In this document: piece by piece, positions 47,408 through 55,832 of the stretch
How the letters are laid out: each line of letters starts with the position of its first letter
How positions within the stretch are numbered: position 1 is the stretch's first letter
DNA from: a virus
Reading direction: 5' to 3' (one strand)
Length of the DNA: 64,000 bases
Virus record (IMG/VR): IMGVR_UViG_3300045988_057044
Coordinates: 53,907-117,906 of that record
The notes under the pieces: model-generated
The model's input: the letters and a program-made list of their open reading frames with translations, nothing else
The model's database searches: none
What the model was told of the DNA's origin: nothing
Position numbers and translations under genes: made by a program

Positions 47408-47721
47408 AACAATACTTTAGTTAGGTCCTCTACAGTTAGATTAGCTATCTTCGATAATTCACAGATTTGGTTTGAGAAATCTAGCCTTGTTTTAAGTTCT
47501 AAATCCCTCCATTGCCGTACCTCCTCTCGACTCTTTCTAAGTTCTTCTTGTAAGTAGGATATAGCCGCCCTTGCTGACTTTAATTGCTCTGTAGAACAAA
47601 CGACAAAGTGCTTAGCTCCCTTCTTATTTGTAGAAGGAAGAGCGGCCTCTTCAATACTATCGAACTGTCCTAAGATAAAAGGAATATTATTACATTCCTT
47701 AATTAAATAGTACTTACTCAT
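47404..47721 (-). CDS. hypothetical protein (105 aa)
   Basis: ORF track. Confidence 0.35.
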   Translation of the reverse strand: MSKYYLIKECNNIPFILGQFDSIEEAALPSTNKKGAKHFVVCSTEQLKSARAAISYLQEELRKSREEVRQWRDLELKTRLDFSNQICELSKIANLTVEDLTKVLL

Positions 47722-47938
47722 CTTTAATTCCTAGATAATCCTTTAATAATTGAATGTTTCCTTCTCTCAAATGCCGAATAAAAGCCTCCCTTTCTCTCTC
47801 AAATAGCAGAATTTTACTCTCTAACAGGTCTATTCGTCTTTGTTGATTTTCCTCGTATTCTTCAATAGCGTCAGAAATTGCTTTAAGTATAGAAGATTCC
47901 TTCATAGCGCTACTCATTGTAGAACTCTTCGTCCCCAT
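47714..47938 (-). CDS. hypothetical protein (74 aa)
   Basis: ORF track. Confidence 0.35.
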   Translation of the reverse strand: MGTKSSTMSSAMKESSILKAISDAIEEYEENQQRRIDLLESKILLFEREREAFIRHLREGNIQLLKDYLGIKDE

Positions 47939-48335
47939 TATCGTCGCCTATAGGATTCTCCCATCCGTACTTTACAGCAGTAGCCTTAAACAAAGGCAAC
48001 CCATACATAGCATAATTCTCTTCAGGATAATTCTCTAAGCCCTCTTCTAGAACTTGATTCCATCTTAGTACCACGTAGAACATTAGGCTAGCTGAAATGC
48101 CTCTCTGGTCTAAAGCCTTCTCAAAACCAAACTCTACATCAGACTTAAGTTGCTCTAGGATATTCTCTCTAGTCCATTCCTTAGGCTCTGGATAAGGCTC
48201 ATCACCATCGTACTTGAAGCCTATTTTTCTAACTGCTCTTCTGTTAAAAACTTTGCTAATCTAGAACCGAAACGGTCATCGAGAACTACGGGCATAGTCT
48301 TTGTAATTGTCTAGAATCTCATTTAACGTTTTCAT
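47910..48335 (-). pseudogene. interrupted ORF: ATG(48333-48335) + 19 codons, in-frame TGA (48276-48278), 4 codons, in-frame TAG (48261-48263), then 112 protein-like codons without any canonical start (…KIGFKYDGDEPYPEPKEWTRENILEQLKSDVEFGFEKALDQRG…DDNGDEEFYNE)
   Basis: Manual rc translation; frame is shared with upstream ORF 48339..48659. Confidence 0.3.
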
Positions 48336-48338
48336 TTT

Positions 48339-48659
48339 TTACATATCTTTTAGGTAAATATTTTGAGGATATTCCCCGAATACTGATAGAGTTACAGCAC
48401 AAATCCATACCCTGTCATTGTAATTCTTACTTTTGCATAAGTAAGTTGCTCCACATTCATCCTCCTCAATTTTAGACAACGTTATCTTAGCTGCAGCTGG
48501 GTCAACCATCTGCAATCTAACAAACTTATTATCTAGAGAATCAAGAAGTTCATCTGCACCACCAACCATTGCTAGTTCCTCTGGTGTTCCGTCATAATCT
48601 GGCCACCAATAGAACCAGACTCCTCCAACCTTTACAAACTCAAATGTTTTTCTCATCAA
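48339..48659 (-). CDS. hypothetical protein (106 aa)
   Basis: ORF track. Confidence 0.4.
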   Translation of the reverse strand: MMRKTFEFVKVGGVWFYWWPDYDGTPEELAMVGGADELLDSLDNKFVRLQMVDPAAAKITLSKIEEDECGATYLCKSKNYNDRVWICAVTLSVFGEYPQNIYLKDM

Positions 48660-48675
48660 TTATTAATTATATTAA

Positions 48676-48716
48676 ACAAAAAATACCCCAACAACTTCCG
48701 CTGCTGGGGTACATAG
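48676..48716 (-). terminator. intrinsic terminator after tRNA-Glu
   Basis: minus sense CCCCAGCAGCGGAAGTTGTTGGGG then TATTTTTTGTTT. Confidence 0.55.
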
Positions 48717-48788
48717 TAACGCCAACGGGATTCGAACCCGTATGGCAGGCGTGAAAAGCCTGAATCCTAACCATTAGATGATGGCGCT
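48717..48788 (-). tRNA. tRNA-Glu(TTC)
   Basis: minus sense AGCGCCA...anticodon arm CAGGC-TTTTCAC-GCCTG, T arm ACGGG-TTCGAAT-CCCGT, acceptor pairs (one G.U); CCA not encoded. Confidence 0.8.
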
Positions 48789-48791
48789 ATC

Positions 48792-49466
48792 CTACTGCAC
48801 AATCAAGCTATAAGCTTCTTGCAACAGTTTAATAGTTGGAACCATATGGTTATCAACAACTATTATTTTATAAATGTTCAGAATTTCTTTGTAGGTTAAA
48901 GATGTACAAGTTAGAAATATCTGCGCATCTTCGTTTACAGAACCATTTGACAATCCCAAATCTACTTTAATCATACTGGGTAATGTTCCAATCTGAGAAA
49001 TGTCCCAAGTAGATTTAGTTCTCCTGAAAACTTCCCGCTGTTTGGAAGTAAGTTGCTTTTCTTTCAATCTAGACTCAATAATAGTACCATCAAACGTTAA
49101 CGAACCTCCATCGGTATTACTATTATTTAATGCTAGCTGAATCTTCTGAACTACAGAGTCTTTAGATTTTGGCTTAAGTTGCACTCCTTCCTTCAAGCCC
49201 TTAATAATCTGCAATGAAGGAATAAAGTCTTTTATTTGAGTTGCATTCCACACAAGAAATTTTCCAGGACTATCTTTAACAGTAACTATATACTTAGTCC
49301 CTCCGTTCAATGGAATAATCACTTGTAAGTCTGCATCACTCATTTTACTTAAATGGTCTGATACTCTAACTTTGACGTTTCCAATGACAAAGTAGCGAGA
49401 AACAGTTGTTTCTGCTTCGATAATCTCAGTAGCAGTTGCTACTAAATACTTTTCTAATCTAGTCAT
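48792..49466 (-). CDS. hypothetical protein (224 aa)
   Basis: ORF track. Confidence 0.45.
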   Translation of the reverse strand: MTRLEKYLVATATEIIEAETTVSRYFVIGNVKVRVSDHLSKMSDADLQVIIPLNGGTKYIVTVKDSPGKFLVWNATQIKDFIPSLQIIKGLKEGVQLKPKSKDSVVQKIQLALNNSNTDGGSLTFDGTIIESRLKEKQLTSKQREVFRRTKSTWDISQIGTLPSMIKVDLGLSNGSVNEDAQIFLTCTSLTYKEILNIYKIIVVDNHMVPTIKLLQEAYSLIVQ

Positions 49467-49493
49467 AAAAATTAATCTGATTTAATGGTTAAG

Positions 49494-49566
49494 ATCCCCC
49501 ACTCGGATTCGAACCGAGGTCTCGAGATTACAAATCACGTGTTCTAACCAACTAAACTACAGGGGA
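49494..49566 (-). tRNA. tRNA-Thr(TGT)
   Basis: minus sense TCCCCTG-TA-GTTT-AGTTGGTTA-GAAC-A-CGTGA-TTTGTAA-TCTCG-AGAC-CTCGG-TTCGAAT-CCGAG-TGGGGGA-T; one U.U in anticodon stem. Confidence 0.7.
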
Positions 49567-49702
49567 ATATAGTGGAGATTTCCACTATTTACTAATTCTA
49601 ACCTCTGCGGGAATATACTCATTAGTAAAAGTTTCTAGGTTTTACTTCGGGAACCATTAACCTTGTGCTTACTGTCGGGGACCTTATCCATCCAGAAGCC
49701 TT

Positions 49703-49740
49703 GCCGAGACTGGGGGATTCGAACCCCAACCTTCACAGTG
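49703..49740 (-). pseudogene. tRNA 3'-half remnant (T arm TGGGG-TTCGAAT-CCCCA + acceptor strand AGTCTCGG) abutting tRNA-Asp
   Basis: plus GCCGAGAC-TGGGGGATTCGAACCCCA-ACCTTCACAGT-GCCGAGAG: direct repeat GCCGAGA flanks a T-arm-like hairpin; no 5' half present. Confidence 0.35.
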
Positions 49741-49812
49741 CCGAGAGTACCAGACTCGAACTGGTGACCTTCGCATAGACAGTGCGCTATTCTACCACTG
49801 AACTAACCCTCG
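49741..49812 (-). tRNA. tRNA-Asp(GTC)
   Basis: minus sense CGAGGGT-TA-GTTC-AGTGGTA-GAAT-A-GCGCA-CTGTCTA-TGCGA-AGGTC-ACCAG-TTCGAGT-CTGGT-ACTCTCG-G. Confidence 0.7.
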
Positions 49813-49823
49813 GTGTAACTGGA

Positions 49824-50279
49824 TTACTCCAGACTAATTAAACCCTTCTCTAACATAATATGGTGATTCGGACATAACCATACTAAATTATTCTCATTGT
49901 TAATCTCTTTAATAAGAGTGTCTTCGTCAAATTCTAATATTCCTTTAAGATGATGTACTTCAAGTATTGCATCAAATTCATGATTATGACAATATTGGCA
50001 TACTTTCTCACGTTCGGAACTTTCTAATACTCTACGAGCATTAGTCCTTATTTCTTGACATTTAGATGATAAGTACTTCTGCCCAGATGTATAATAACCT
50101 AATGTTTTGTTACCAATTCCATTAAGTTCTTCCCAGCAACTACGACACATTTCTGAATCTTTATGCTTAGGTTTACCACATCTAGGACATATCTTGTTTT
50201 CATCGTGCTTTATCCTACCTCTATTATTGTAAGAAGCTAATAATGAACTCCATAGGGATATGATAACTATCTGTAACAA
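49824..50279 (-). CDS. HNH endonuclease
   Basis: CPRCGK...CRSCW...CQYCHNHEFDAILEVHHL...NLVWLCPNHH (Zn-finger + HNH His-Me motif). Confidence 0.65.
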   Translation of the reverse strand: MLQIVIISLWSSLLASYNNRGRIKHDENKICPRCGKPKHKDSEMCRSCWEELNGIGNKTLGYYTSGQKYLSSKCQEIRTNARRVLESSEREKVCQYCHNHEFDAILEVHHLKGILEFDEDTLIKEINNENNLVWLCPNHHIMLEKGLISLE

Positions 50280-50442
50280 GCATACCGTTACTTATATGGT
50301 AACGTTCTTTTCTTTCTAATCTAGTGGGATTACCGTTTAGAGTAATCTCACCAGAATATTCATTCTCTTTATCAGGTTTAATTCCCTTTATGTAAATAGA
50401 ACTGCCTGATTCAGCTAAGTAGACCTGTTGTATTACGCTCAT
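50224..50442 (-). CDS. hypothetical protein (72 aa)
   Basis: ORF track. Confidence 0.3.
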   Translation of the reverse strand: MSVIQQVYLAESGSSIYIKGIKPDKENEYSGEITLNGNPTRLERKERYHISNGMLVTDSYHIPMEFIISFLQ

Positions 50443-50864
50443 AGTTCTGGAACATCTGAACGGTCATCATAATAGCCTTCATCCCCAACGAGCTGAGCCA
50501 AGCATCCGTGCATATACGGAACTAATTCCGGTCTTTCTCGATAAGTTCGGAATAAAAGCCAACTCATGCTCGTAGAGTTTCCAGTATGTCCGTTATCAAA
50601 GAACTGAAGTTTGTCCTTAATAGCATCAACTAAGTCGTATAAGCTCTCATATTGCTTCAAGAAGTCTTGATACTGTTCATCACCGAAATCTTGGAAAAAT
50701 TCCGAGAATGAAAGAGCTTGCTTTATACATAACATTTCATACTCAAACAAGTCATCCTCTTCGAAGGAATGGTCGGTTGCAGCTGAGAATAGACGATTAA
50801 ATCGTTCGATTCTGTTTTGAAACTCTACAGGGAGAGTTTCTTTGGTAAGATTTTCGTAATTCAT
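50439..50864 (-). CDS. hypothetical acidic protein (141 aa)
   Basis: ORF track. Confidence 0.4.
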   Translation of the reverse strand: MNYENLTKETLPVEFQNRIERFNRLFSAATDHSFEEDDLFEYEMLCIKQALSFSEFFQDFGDEQYQDFLKQYESLYDLVDAIKDKLQFFDNGHTGNSTSMSWLLFRTYRERPELVPYMHGCLAQLVGDEGYYDDRSDVPEL

Positions 50865-50897
50865 AATCTAAAAATTAAGTATCTAATTAATTACTAG

Positions 50898-50956
50898 TAG
50901 CGGGACTCGACCTTCAGGTTATGAGCCTGACTAGCTACCTCTGCTAACACCCCGCG
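50898..50956 (-). tRNA. tRNA-Met(CAT)-like with deleted T arm (initiator-like 5' end CGCGGGGTG)
   Basis: minus sense CGCGGGG-TG-TTAGC-AGAGGTA-GCTA-G-TCAGG-CTCATAA-CCTGA-AGGTCGAG-TCCCGCT-A; acceptor, D and anticodon arms canonical, only ~3 nt where the 17-nt T arm should be. Confidence 0.4.
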
Positions 50957-50959
50957 ATA

Positions 50960-51139
50960 TTACAAATGTTTTTTAAATATTTCACAATGATTGTATTCAC
51001 TTCCCCAACGTATGGGATATTCTTCTTCCTTGGCTTTCTTATAGCCTTCGGCTTCCTTTTTATCCAGAAATATCTGACACTCAGTTTTATAGTTCTGAGG
51101 CGCATTAGCTGGATGATGATTCACTACGTATACTTTCAT
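50960..51139 (-). CDS. small hypothetical protein (59 aa; MKVYVVNHHPANAPQNYKTECQIFLDKKEAEGYKKAKEEEYPIRWGSEYNHCEIFKKHL)
   Basis: Manual rc translation between two tRNA genes; length multiple of 3, ATG 51137-51139, TAA 50960-50962. Confidence 0.35.
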   Translation of the reverse strand: MKVYVVNHHPANAPQNYKTECQIFLDKKEAEGYKKAKEEEYPIRWGSEYNHCEIFKKHL

Positions 51140-51157
51140 AATTATTTAATTTTGTTG

Positions 51158-51230
51158 TGGACACGCAGGGACTCGAACCCTATCTTCCGGTGTGCAAAAC
51201 CAGCGCTCTAGCCATTTGAGCTAACGGCCC
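51158..51230 (-). tRNA. tRNA-Ala(TGC), acceptor stem weak in inner 3 pairs
   Basis: minus sense GGGCCGT-TA-GCTC-AAATGGCTA-GAGC-G-CTGGT-TTTGCAC-ACCGG-AAGA-TAGGG-TTCGAGT-CCCTG-CGTGTCC-A; G3.U70 present; pairs 5-7 mismatched. Confidence 0.5.
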
Positions 51231-51415
51231 ATGTTTGAGATTTTCTTTTTAATTGGTGACATAACTCATAAATTTCCACTGTTAGGATTCCATAACCTAA
51301 CATCACCAGATAAGTCTTTAATTAGTTATATTCTGGATACATAAGTTTGTAACTATATATCTTTTAACGGCAACCATCCGTTTAACAATTCTCAAGTTCA
51401 GCTTGCCTATTATAA

Positions 51416-51778
51416 CTACGCAGGGACTGGCTTCGACTTATTAGCATAAATGCTAACAAAATGTCCACCACCTTGTTGAGGCGGAAGTATCAAATTTGGA
51501 AAGCGACTACTCCATAGTGCTAATCCAAGAGGAGACGTGCTTGTAAAAAACTCTCCAAGTTCCGATATAGGTTTTTTCAGTTCTCTAAGTTTTTCCGAAA
51601 TTTCCTTATACCTTTTACTCTTTTTATTAATCCCACTTCGCTGTGCCTCTAACTCAGCTATATTATCTAATATAGGTTTGACAATAGACTTGTAGTCTTC
51701 CTGAGTTATTAACAGCTTAACTTGACTTATACCATTTGCATAAGTAAGTTTAAACTTTCCAATAGGTTGTACTATCAT
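51416..51778 (-). CDS. hypothetical protein (120 aa)
   Basis: ORF track. Confidence 0.4.
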   Translation of the reverse strand: MIVQPIGKFKLTYANGISQVKLLITQEDYKSIVKPILDNIAELEAQRSGINKKSKRYKEISEKLRELKKPISELGEFFTSTSPLGLALWSSRFPNLILPPQQGGGHFVSIYANKSKPVPA

Positions 51779-51932
51779 ATCTAATTAATTAAAAGTTGGT
51801 GGATGCTAGCCGTTTCTATTCCACCATTGCGTACTACAGTGCTAGCTACCGTCTAGACGACTCTCTTCCTCACATCGGTCTAGAGTTTGCTGGATTACTT
51901 AGTTAAAAACTAAGGAGGGTTCAGCAAAAAGG

Positions 51933-52017
51933 CGTATGGTGCAGGATTCGAACCTGCGATGGGATTTCTCACGGCGGGTTAACAGCCCGCTGCCGTCGGC
52001 CACTTGGCTAACCATAC
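51933..52017 (-). tRNA. type II (long variable arm, 85 nt) tRNA with anticodon GTT (nominally Asn)
   Basis: minus sense GTATGGT-TA-GCC-AAGTGGCCGAC-GGC-A-GCGGG-CTGTTAA-CCCGC-CGTGAGAAATCCCATC-GCAGG-TTCGAAT-CCTGC-ACCATAC-G; Tyr/Ser-like body, Asn-like anticodon loop. Confidence 0.55.
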
Positions 52018-52259
52018 ATATTATTTCCTCCCAGACATCTGTAAGTACCCCATTGGTACTTACCTTTTAATGATATTTTTACTCTTGTCCTCTGTATGGA
52101 GGAGGTATTGTTCCAGACACTAACCAAGTGTAGTTCTTAGAACTCTGTTCAAAATACCATTTAGCAGCTTTCTTTACAACATTAATTACTTTCTTCATAA
52201 CATTAAAGTTTAAAATTGTTAATAATTAATCTAATAACAGAGCCACAAAAGGAGTTTAG

Positions 52260-52339
52260 TTGCGGAGGTAGGATTCGAACCGTTTATGACGATTTCTAGG
52301 TTATGAGCCTAGCGAGATGACCAACTTCTCTACTCCACG
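52260..52339 (-). tRNA. tRNA-Met(CAT), initiator-like (C1.A72 mismatch), with enlarged/irregular T region
   Basis: minus sense CGTGGAG-TA-GAGA-AGTTGGTCA-TCTC-G-CTAGG-CTCATAA-CCTAG-AAATCGTCATAAACGG-TTCGAAT-CCTAC-CTCCGCA-A; T stem does not form canonically. Confidence 0.45.
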
Positions 52340-52475
52340 ATATTAGTAGCTAATTTACATCCGCTACTCAGGATGCCTTTCACGATAAGGGACGCCCTTC
52401 TAACCGTAGGTGACGACTGGGTGATAACGTAACCAGACACGTTAACTATTGTAGTTAAAAGACTTGCACGTCGAG

Positions 52476-52550
52476 ACTCGGTGGTCAGATTCGAACTGAC
52501 GAATCAGCAGATTTGCAGTCTGAGCCATTAAACCACTCTGGTACACCGAG
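52476..52550 (-). tRNA. tRNA-Cys(GCA)
   Basis: minus sense CTCGGTG...TCAGA-CTGCAAA-TCTGC...GTCAG-TTCGAAT-CTGAC-CACCGAG-T. Confidence 0.7.
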
Positions 52551-52560
52551 GTGACTACTT

Positions 52561-52620
52561 CTCCACCCCGTAAGACTAGTTATTCGGAGATAAGACCAGT
52601 TACAACTTGTAACTGTGGAG
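52561..52620 (-). other. ~60-nt hairpin-rich element (possible tRNA remnant or small RNA)
   Basis: CTCCAC...GTGGAG terminal pairing; perfect 7-bp hairpin CAGTTACA-ACTT-TGTAACTG; no T-loop consensus. Confidence 0.25.
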
Positions 52621-52633
52621 CCTTGTTTCGTCG

Positions 52634-52708
52634 TTCCGATTAAAGGATTTGAACCTCCCACTAATGCTTTATTGGTATGGGCGCTCTACCATACTGAGCT
52701 AAATCGGA
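52634..52708 (-). tRNA. tRNA, anticodon undetermined (canonical acceptor, D and T arms; aberrant 23-nt anticodon region)
   Basis: minus sense TCCGATT-TA-GCTC-AGTATGGTA-GAGC-G-[CCCATACCAATAAAGCATTAGTG]-GGAGG-TTCAAAT-CCTTT-AATCGGA-A; no 5-7-5 anticodon arm can be drawn. Confidence 0.45.
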
Positions 52709-52712
52709 AAAG

Positions 52713-52784
52713 AGTGGATAATGAGAATCGAACTCACATCCTCGGCATGGCAAGCCGATGCACTAACCATTGTGCTATACCCAC
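52713..52784 (-). tRNA. tRNA-Gly(GCC)
   Basis: minus sense GTGGGTA-TA-GCAC-AATGGTTA-GTGC-A-TCGGC-TTGCCAT-GCCGA-GGAT-GTGAG-TTCGATT-CTCAT-TATCCAC-T. Confidence 0.8.
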
Positions 52785-52789
52785 AAATG

Positions 52790-52859
52790 TGCAGGTAGAG
52801 AGACTCTCCCCTCCAGATTGGAAGTCTGGCGTGCTCAATCCATTAACACCACACCTGCA
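52790..52859 (-). tRNA. tRNA-Gly(TCC)-like with T loop reduced to 1 nt
   Basis: minus sense GCAGGTG-TG-GTGT-TAATGGATTGA-GCAC-G-CCAGA-CTTCCAA-TCTGG-AGGG-GAGAG-T-CTCTC-TACCTGC-A; T stem retained, 7-nt T loop missing. Confidence 0.45.
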
Positions 52860-52893
52860 TAATGGAGAGTTTTACGATACTCTCCTAAACGAA

Positions 52894-53238
52894 TTACTCA
52901 GATAACAGCTCCTGCATATCAATCTCGCCAGCTACCTTAGTAATAGCGATTTTGAACGGATTCCCCTTGATTTTGTCAAACAAGTGAGCATCACGAGTTT
53001 CTTTCACCTCGTCAGGGACGTTAAATTTCTTCTTGCCTTTCTCTATGGTTTTCCATGTAACCACCTCGCAGCGAGTTATCTCGTAAACGCTGTCGTTTCG
53101 GTCAACGTAAACCTTGAAAAAGTTCTTTTTGTAGTTGAACTTCTCAACCCTTTTGAAATTCTTGGGATGAGCGTGGAACTTCAAGTCGCATTTTCCATTA
53201 GCTAAGAAAATCAATTCTGCCATAATAATACTCCGCAT
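52894..53238 (-). CDS. hypothetical protein (114 aa)
   Basis: ORF track. Confidence 0.4.
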   Translation of the reverse strand: MRSIIMAELIFLANGKCDLKFHAHPKNFKRVEKFNYKKNFFKVYVDRNDSVYEITRCEVVTWKTIEKGKKKFNVPDEVKETRDAHLFDKIKGNPFKIAITKVAGEIDMQELLSE

Positions 53239-53359
53239 AGTCGGAGATTCAAAGTTAAACTATGTTAATTCCAGTCTTTCGTCTGGCACTCCACCTCGTT
53301 TTAACCAATAGCTACTATTATTCACTATTTGAGCTAAGCTCTAAACTGGGATAAAGGTA

Positions 53360-53635
53360 TTAGTCTATGTAAATAAACGGTTTTCCAAATTCTTCCATGA
53401 AGGACTCAAACCATCCCTCCATTTCTTCGTCACTATCAAAATAGATAGATTCATCATGTCTTTTAGAGAACTCTAAAATGATATGAGGTTTCTGATATAC
53501 TATTCCATCCTTGTAGAAGGCATATCTCTTCTCTAAAGATGAAATCATTTTTTCTTCCGTATAAGTTCCAAAACATGGGTTCCAATAATCTCGATGTATT
53601 TTCCAAAACAAGAATCGTCCACATAATGTACCCAA
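53360..53635 (-). CDS. hypothetical protein (91 aa)
   Basis: ORF track. Confidence 0.35.
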   Translation of the reverse strand: MGTLCGRFLFWKIHRDYWNPCFGTYTEEKMISSLEKRYAFYKDGIVYQKPHIILEFSKRHDESIYFDSDEEMEGWFESFMEEFGKPFIYID

Positions 53636-53675
53636 TCGGGATGCTTTCTAGTTTTAAAAACTAAAACTCTCTTTA

Positions 53676-53978
53676 CTAAACTTCCATTAATATACTTGTC
53701 CATACTTTAATCCCAATATTCTGGGCAGTCATTAATAATCCCTTTTCGCAAAAGCCTTTATCATAGAAAATGCAGGATGAACACGAAAGATTGTCCCTAG
53801 ATTCATATTCTTGAATACCTTCTTGAATATCTCTTTTTGCTTTATATCTATCCTTTCTATTCTCTTTCTTGTATTCATATTGCATCATTCTGCTTCTATA
53901 AGGAGAAGTGCAATTCTTAAGCATCTTTGCGTATTTAGAACTATCAAGGAAGTCCGTAATTGACTCACAGACCTTCAA
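53676..53978 (-). CDS. hypothetical protein (100 aa)
   Basis: ORF track. Confidence 0.35.
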   Translation of the reverse strand: MKVCESITDFLDSSKYAKMLKNCTSPYRSRMMQYEYKKENRKDRYKAKRDIQEGIQEYESRDNLSCSSCIFYDKGFCEKGLLMTAQNIGIKVWTSILMEV

Positions 53979-54121
53979 CGCCTTATTATAGGAACATTAT
54001 ACCTTACATTGGCTTTAATCCCGGCAACAGGTACGTAAAATTTACCGCAAGCGTTGTAAACCTTTTTAGCTCTCGAAATCCACTTTCTTTTAGAAAGTTC
54101 TCTTCTTAATTCTCTATCCAT
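53975..54121 (-). CDS. small basic protein (48 aa; MDRELRRELSKRKWISRAKK...)
   Basis: ORF-track frame 53975..54268 truncated to internal ATG (54119-54121) because its 5' part overlaps tRNA-Cys. Confidence 0.3.
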   Translation of the reverse strand: MDRELRRELSKRKWISRAKKVYNACGKFYVPVAGIKANVRYNVPIIRR

Positions 54122-54141
54122 AAGCAATAAGATTAGTGTAG

Positions 54142-54215
54142 AATCTAGAGTGGGATTCGAACCCACGAAACACGGTTTTGCAGACCGTTCCCTTAGACCG
54201 CTCGGGCATCTAGAC
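54142..54215 (-). tRNA. tRNA-Cys(GCA) (second copy, different body)
   Basis: minus sense GTCTAGA-TG-CCC-GAGCGGTCTAA-GGG-A-ACGGT-CTGCAAA-ACCGT-GTTTC-GTGGG-TTCGAAT-CCCAC-TCTAGAT-T. Confidence 0.7.
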
Positions 54216-54242
54216 ATAAAGGGGAGACTAGCTCCCCAAGTT

Positions 54243-55655
54243 TTATAGTACCAAAGAGTTGTAAGCACCTCTACGATACAGAGACGGTCTACTATTTGGA
54301 TCTTTAATCCAGTAGTAATTGATTTCCTTGCTGTCTTTAGTAACTACGATTCCTAGTTTCTTGTCAATCGCAATAATTTCGTCATCATAGAAGTCATCTC
54401 CAACTGCCAGATTTGCGAACTTAATATCCGAAGATACATAGTAATATGACAGATTGTGGAAATTGTGGCGGCGATATTCATAATACTCGTTAAGAGCTTT
54501 TCTTTCCTCAACAGTACAGTTATCCTCATCGTCTACAATAGGCTTCGGCATCGGATTGTTGAATCTCTCAACAGCTTTAGAGAACTCTTCAATAGAGAAT
54601 TTATTCTTATCAGCAGAAATCTCACCAGCATATGCATAACCTCTAATGCAGGAATAGTCATACTCATTAGTTACTACGTTGAAGAAGCCTTTAGCTCTTC
54701 TCAATCCTTCTATACCGTGAATATTGACCTCATTAACTATAGTTTTGAGAATATCAATAGTAGATATAGTCAAAGAATCAATGAAATCAAGCAAATCTTG
54801 ACGAGCTTCCGGCACTTGAAGTGCGTCGTCCAGATATTCGTTCACAACCTTCAAATCCAAGTTGCCAAATTCCTTGACATAACGGATTCTAGACGGACGT
54901 CCTACCATATTCTCATTGATGGTCATAGCATTAGTAGTAAGCAGGAAAACCTTGCGATACTTAGAGTTGTAAACACCGTCCATGATTTGCAAGATAGTAG
55001 AATCCGATTCACTGAAATTCTTTTCAAATTCATCCAAGAACAGAATGCAATCTCCTTCAATACCAGAAAGGAACTCAATCATAGATTGATTATGGTCTCC
55101 CATATCCTTTACGATAATGATGGGCAGATTTAGCTTGTTAGCCAGTTCCTTAGCAGTAACAGTCTTTCCAGTGCCCTTTGTACCAGTAAGCATAATTCCG
55201 AGATTGCCTTCTGTAGCGTGATACGTCTTAATTACATGGTCAATAAACTCGTTCTGCAAACCATACATTTTGTACGGGAATACAAACTTATCCGCATATC
55301 TGTCTAGGTGATAACCTGTCATTGTCAGACAAATACTGTAGATTCCAACTGGGAGAGACTGCTCAACGCTATAGCCTGAGCTTACCTGGGTATATGTAGA
55401 CCCAGAACACATCCAAACTTTGTTCATTTTTTCTTTTTCTAAGTTACTTAAAACAGATGCCTGTTTGAGACATCCTACTAATTGATTAGCTATAGAATCT
55501 ATAGCTTCTTTGTTATCAGTTTCCTCTGAGAGTCTTTTTACAAACCACTCTTTAGAACGGGCAACTATTTGCTCATCAGTCTCATTTTCAGAGATTGTTT
55601 CAGCAAATTCATGGTAGATACTAGTCAGCTTACCTTCTAATTCTTCTACGGTCAT
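54243..55655 (-). CDS. AAA+ ATPase
   Basis: Walker A IMLTGTKGTGKTVTAKEL, Walker B CILFLDEFEK. Confidence 0.65.
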   Translation of the reverse strand: MTVEELEGKLTSIYHEFAETISENETDEQIVARSKEWFVKRLSEETDNKEAIDSIANQLVGCLKQASVLSNLEKEKMNKVWMCSGSTYTQVSSGYSVEQSLPVGIYSICLTMTGYHLDRYADKFVFPYKMYGLQNEFIDHVIKTYHATEGNLGIMLTGTKGTGKTVTAKELANKLNLPIIIVKDMGDHNQSMIEFLSGIEGDCILFLDEFEKNFSESDSTILQIMDGVYNSKYRKVFLLTTNAMTINENMVGRPSRIRYVKEFGNLDLKVVNEYLDDALQVPEARQDLLDFIDSLTISTIDILKTIVNEVNIHGIEGLRRAKGFFNVVTNEYDYSCIRGYAYAGEISADKNKFSIEEFSKAVERFNNPMPKPIVDDEDNCTVEERKALNEYYEYRRHNFHNLSYYYVSSDIKFANLAVGDDFYDDEIIAIDKKLGIVVTKDSKEINYYWIKDPNSRPSLYRRGAYNSLVL

Positions 55656-55810
55656 TAGTAATCCTCCTCGTTATGTTCATTAGTTATGAGAGAACGAGCC
55701 TTTTCCATACCAGATTCGTAAGACTCTGTAACAAACACTATGGCAGTTTTTAGGTCCATGGAATTGCCATTGTCTACCATTTCCTGAATAATTTCACTTA
55801 ACTCTTTCAT
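55655..55810 (-). CDS. small hypothetical protein (~51 aa) translationally coupled (TAATG) to the AAA+ gene
   Basis: Manual rc translation MKELSEIIQEMVDNGNSMDLKTAIVFVTESYESGMEKARSLITNEHNEEDY; stop overlaps downstream ATG. Confidence 0.3.
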   Translation of the reverse strand: MKELSEIIQEMVDNGNSMDLKTAIVFVTESYESGMEKARSLITNEHNEEDY

Positions 55811-55832
55811 ATTACTTAATAAATAAAAGTTG

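Noticed and set aside
51790-51900. Palindrome-rich intergenic segment (GGTGGA...TCCACC, two GTCTAGAC-type palindromes); considered as a tRNA or ncRNA
   Set aside because: There is no T-loop or anticodon-arm signature on either strand. It may be a regulatory or promoter region upstream of 51416..51778, but the evidence is too thin to call a feature.
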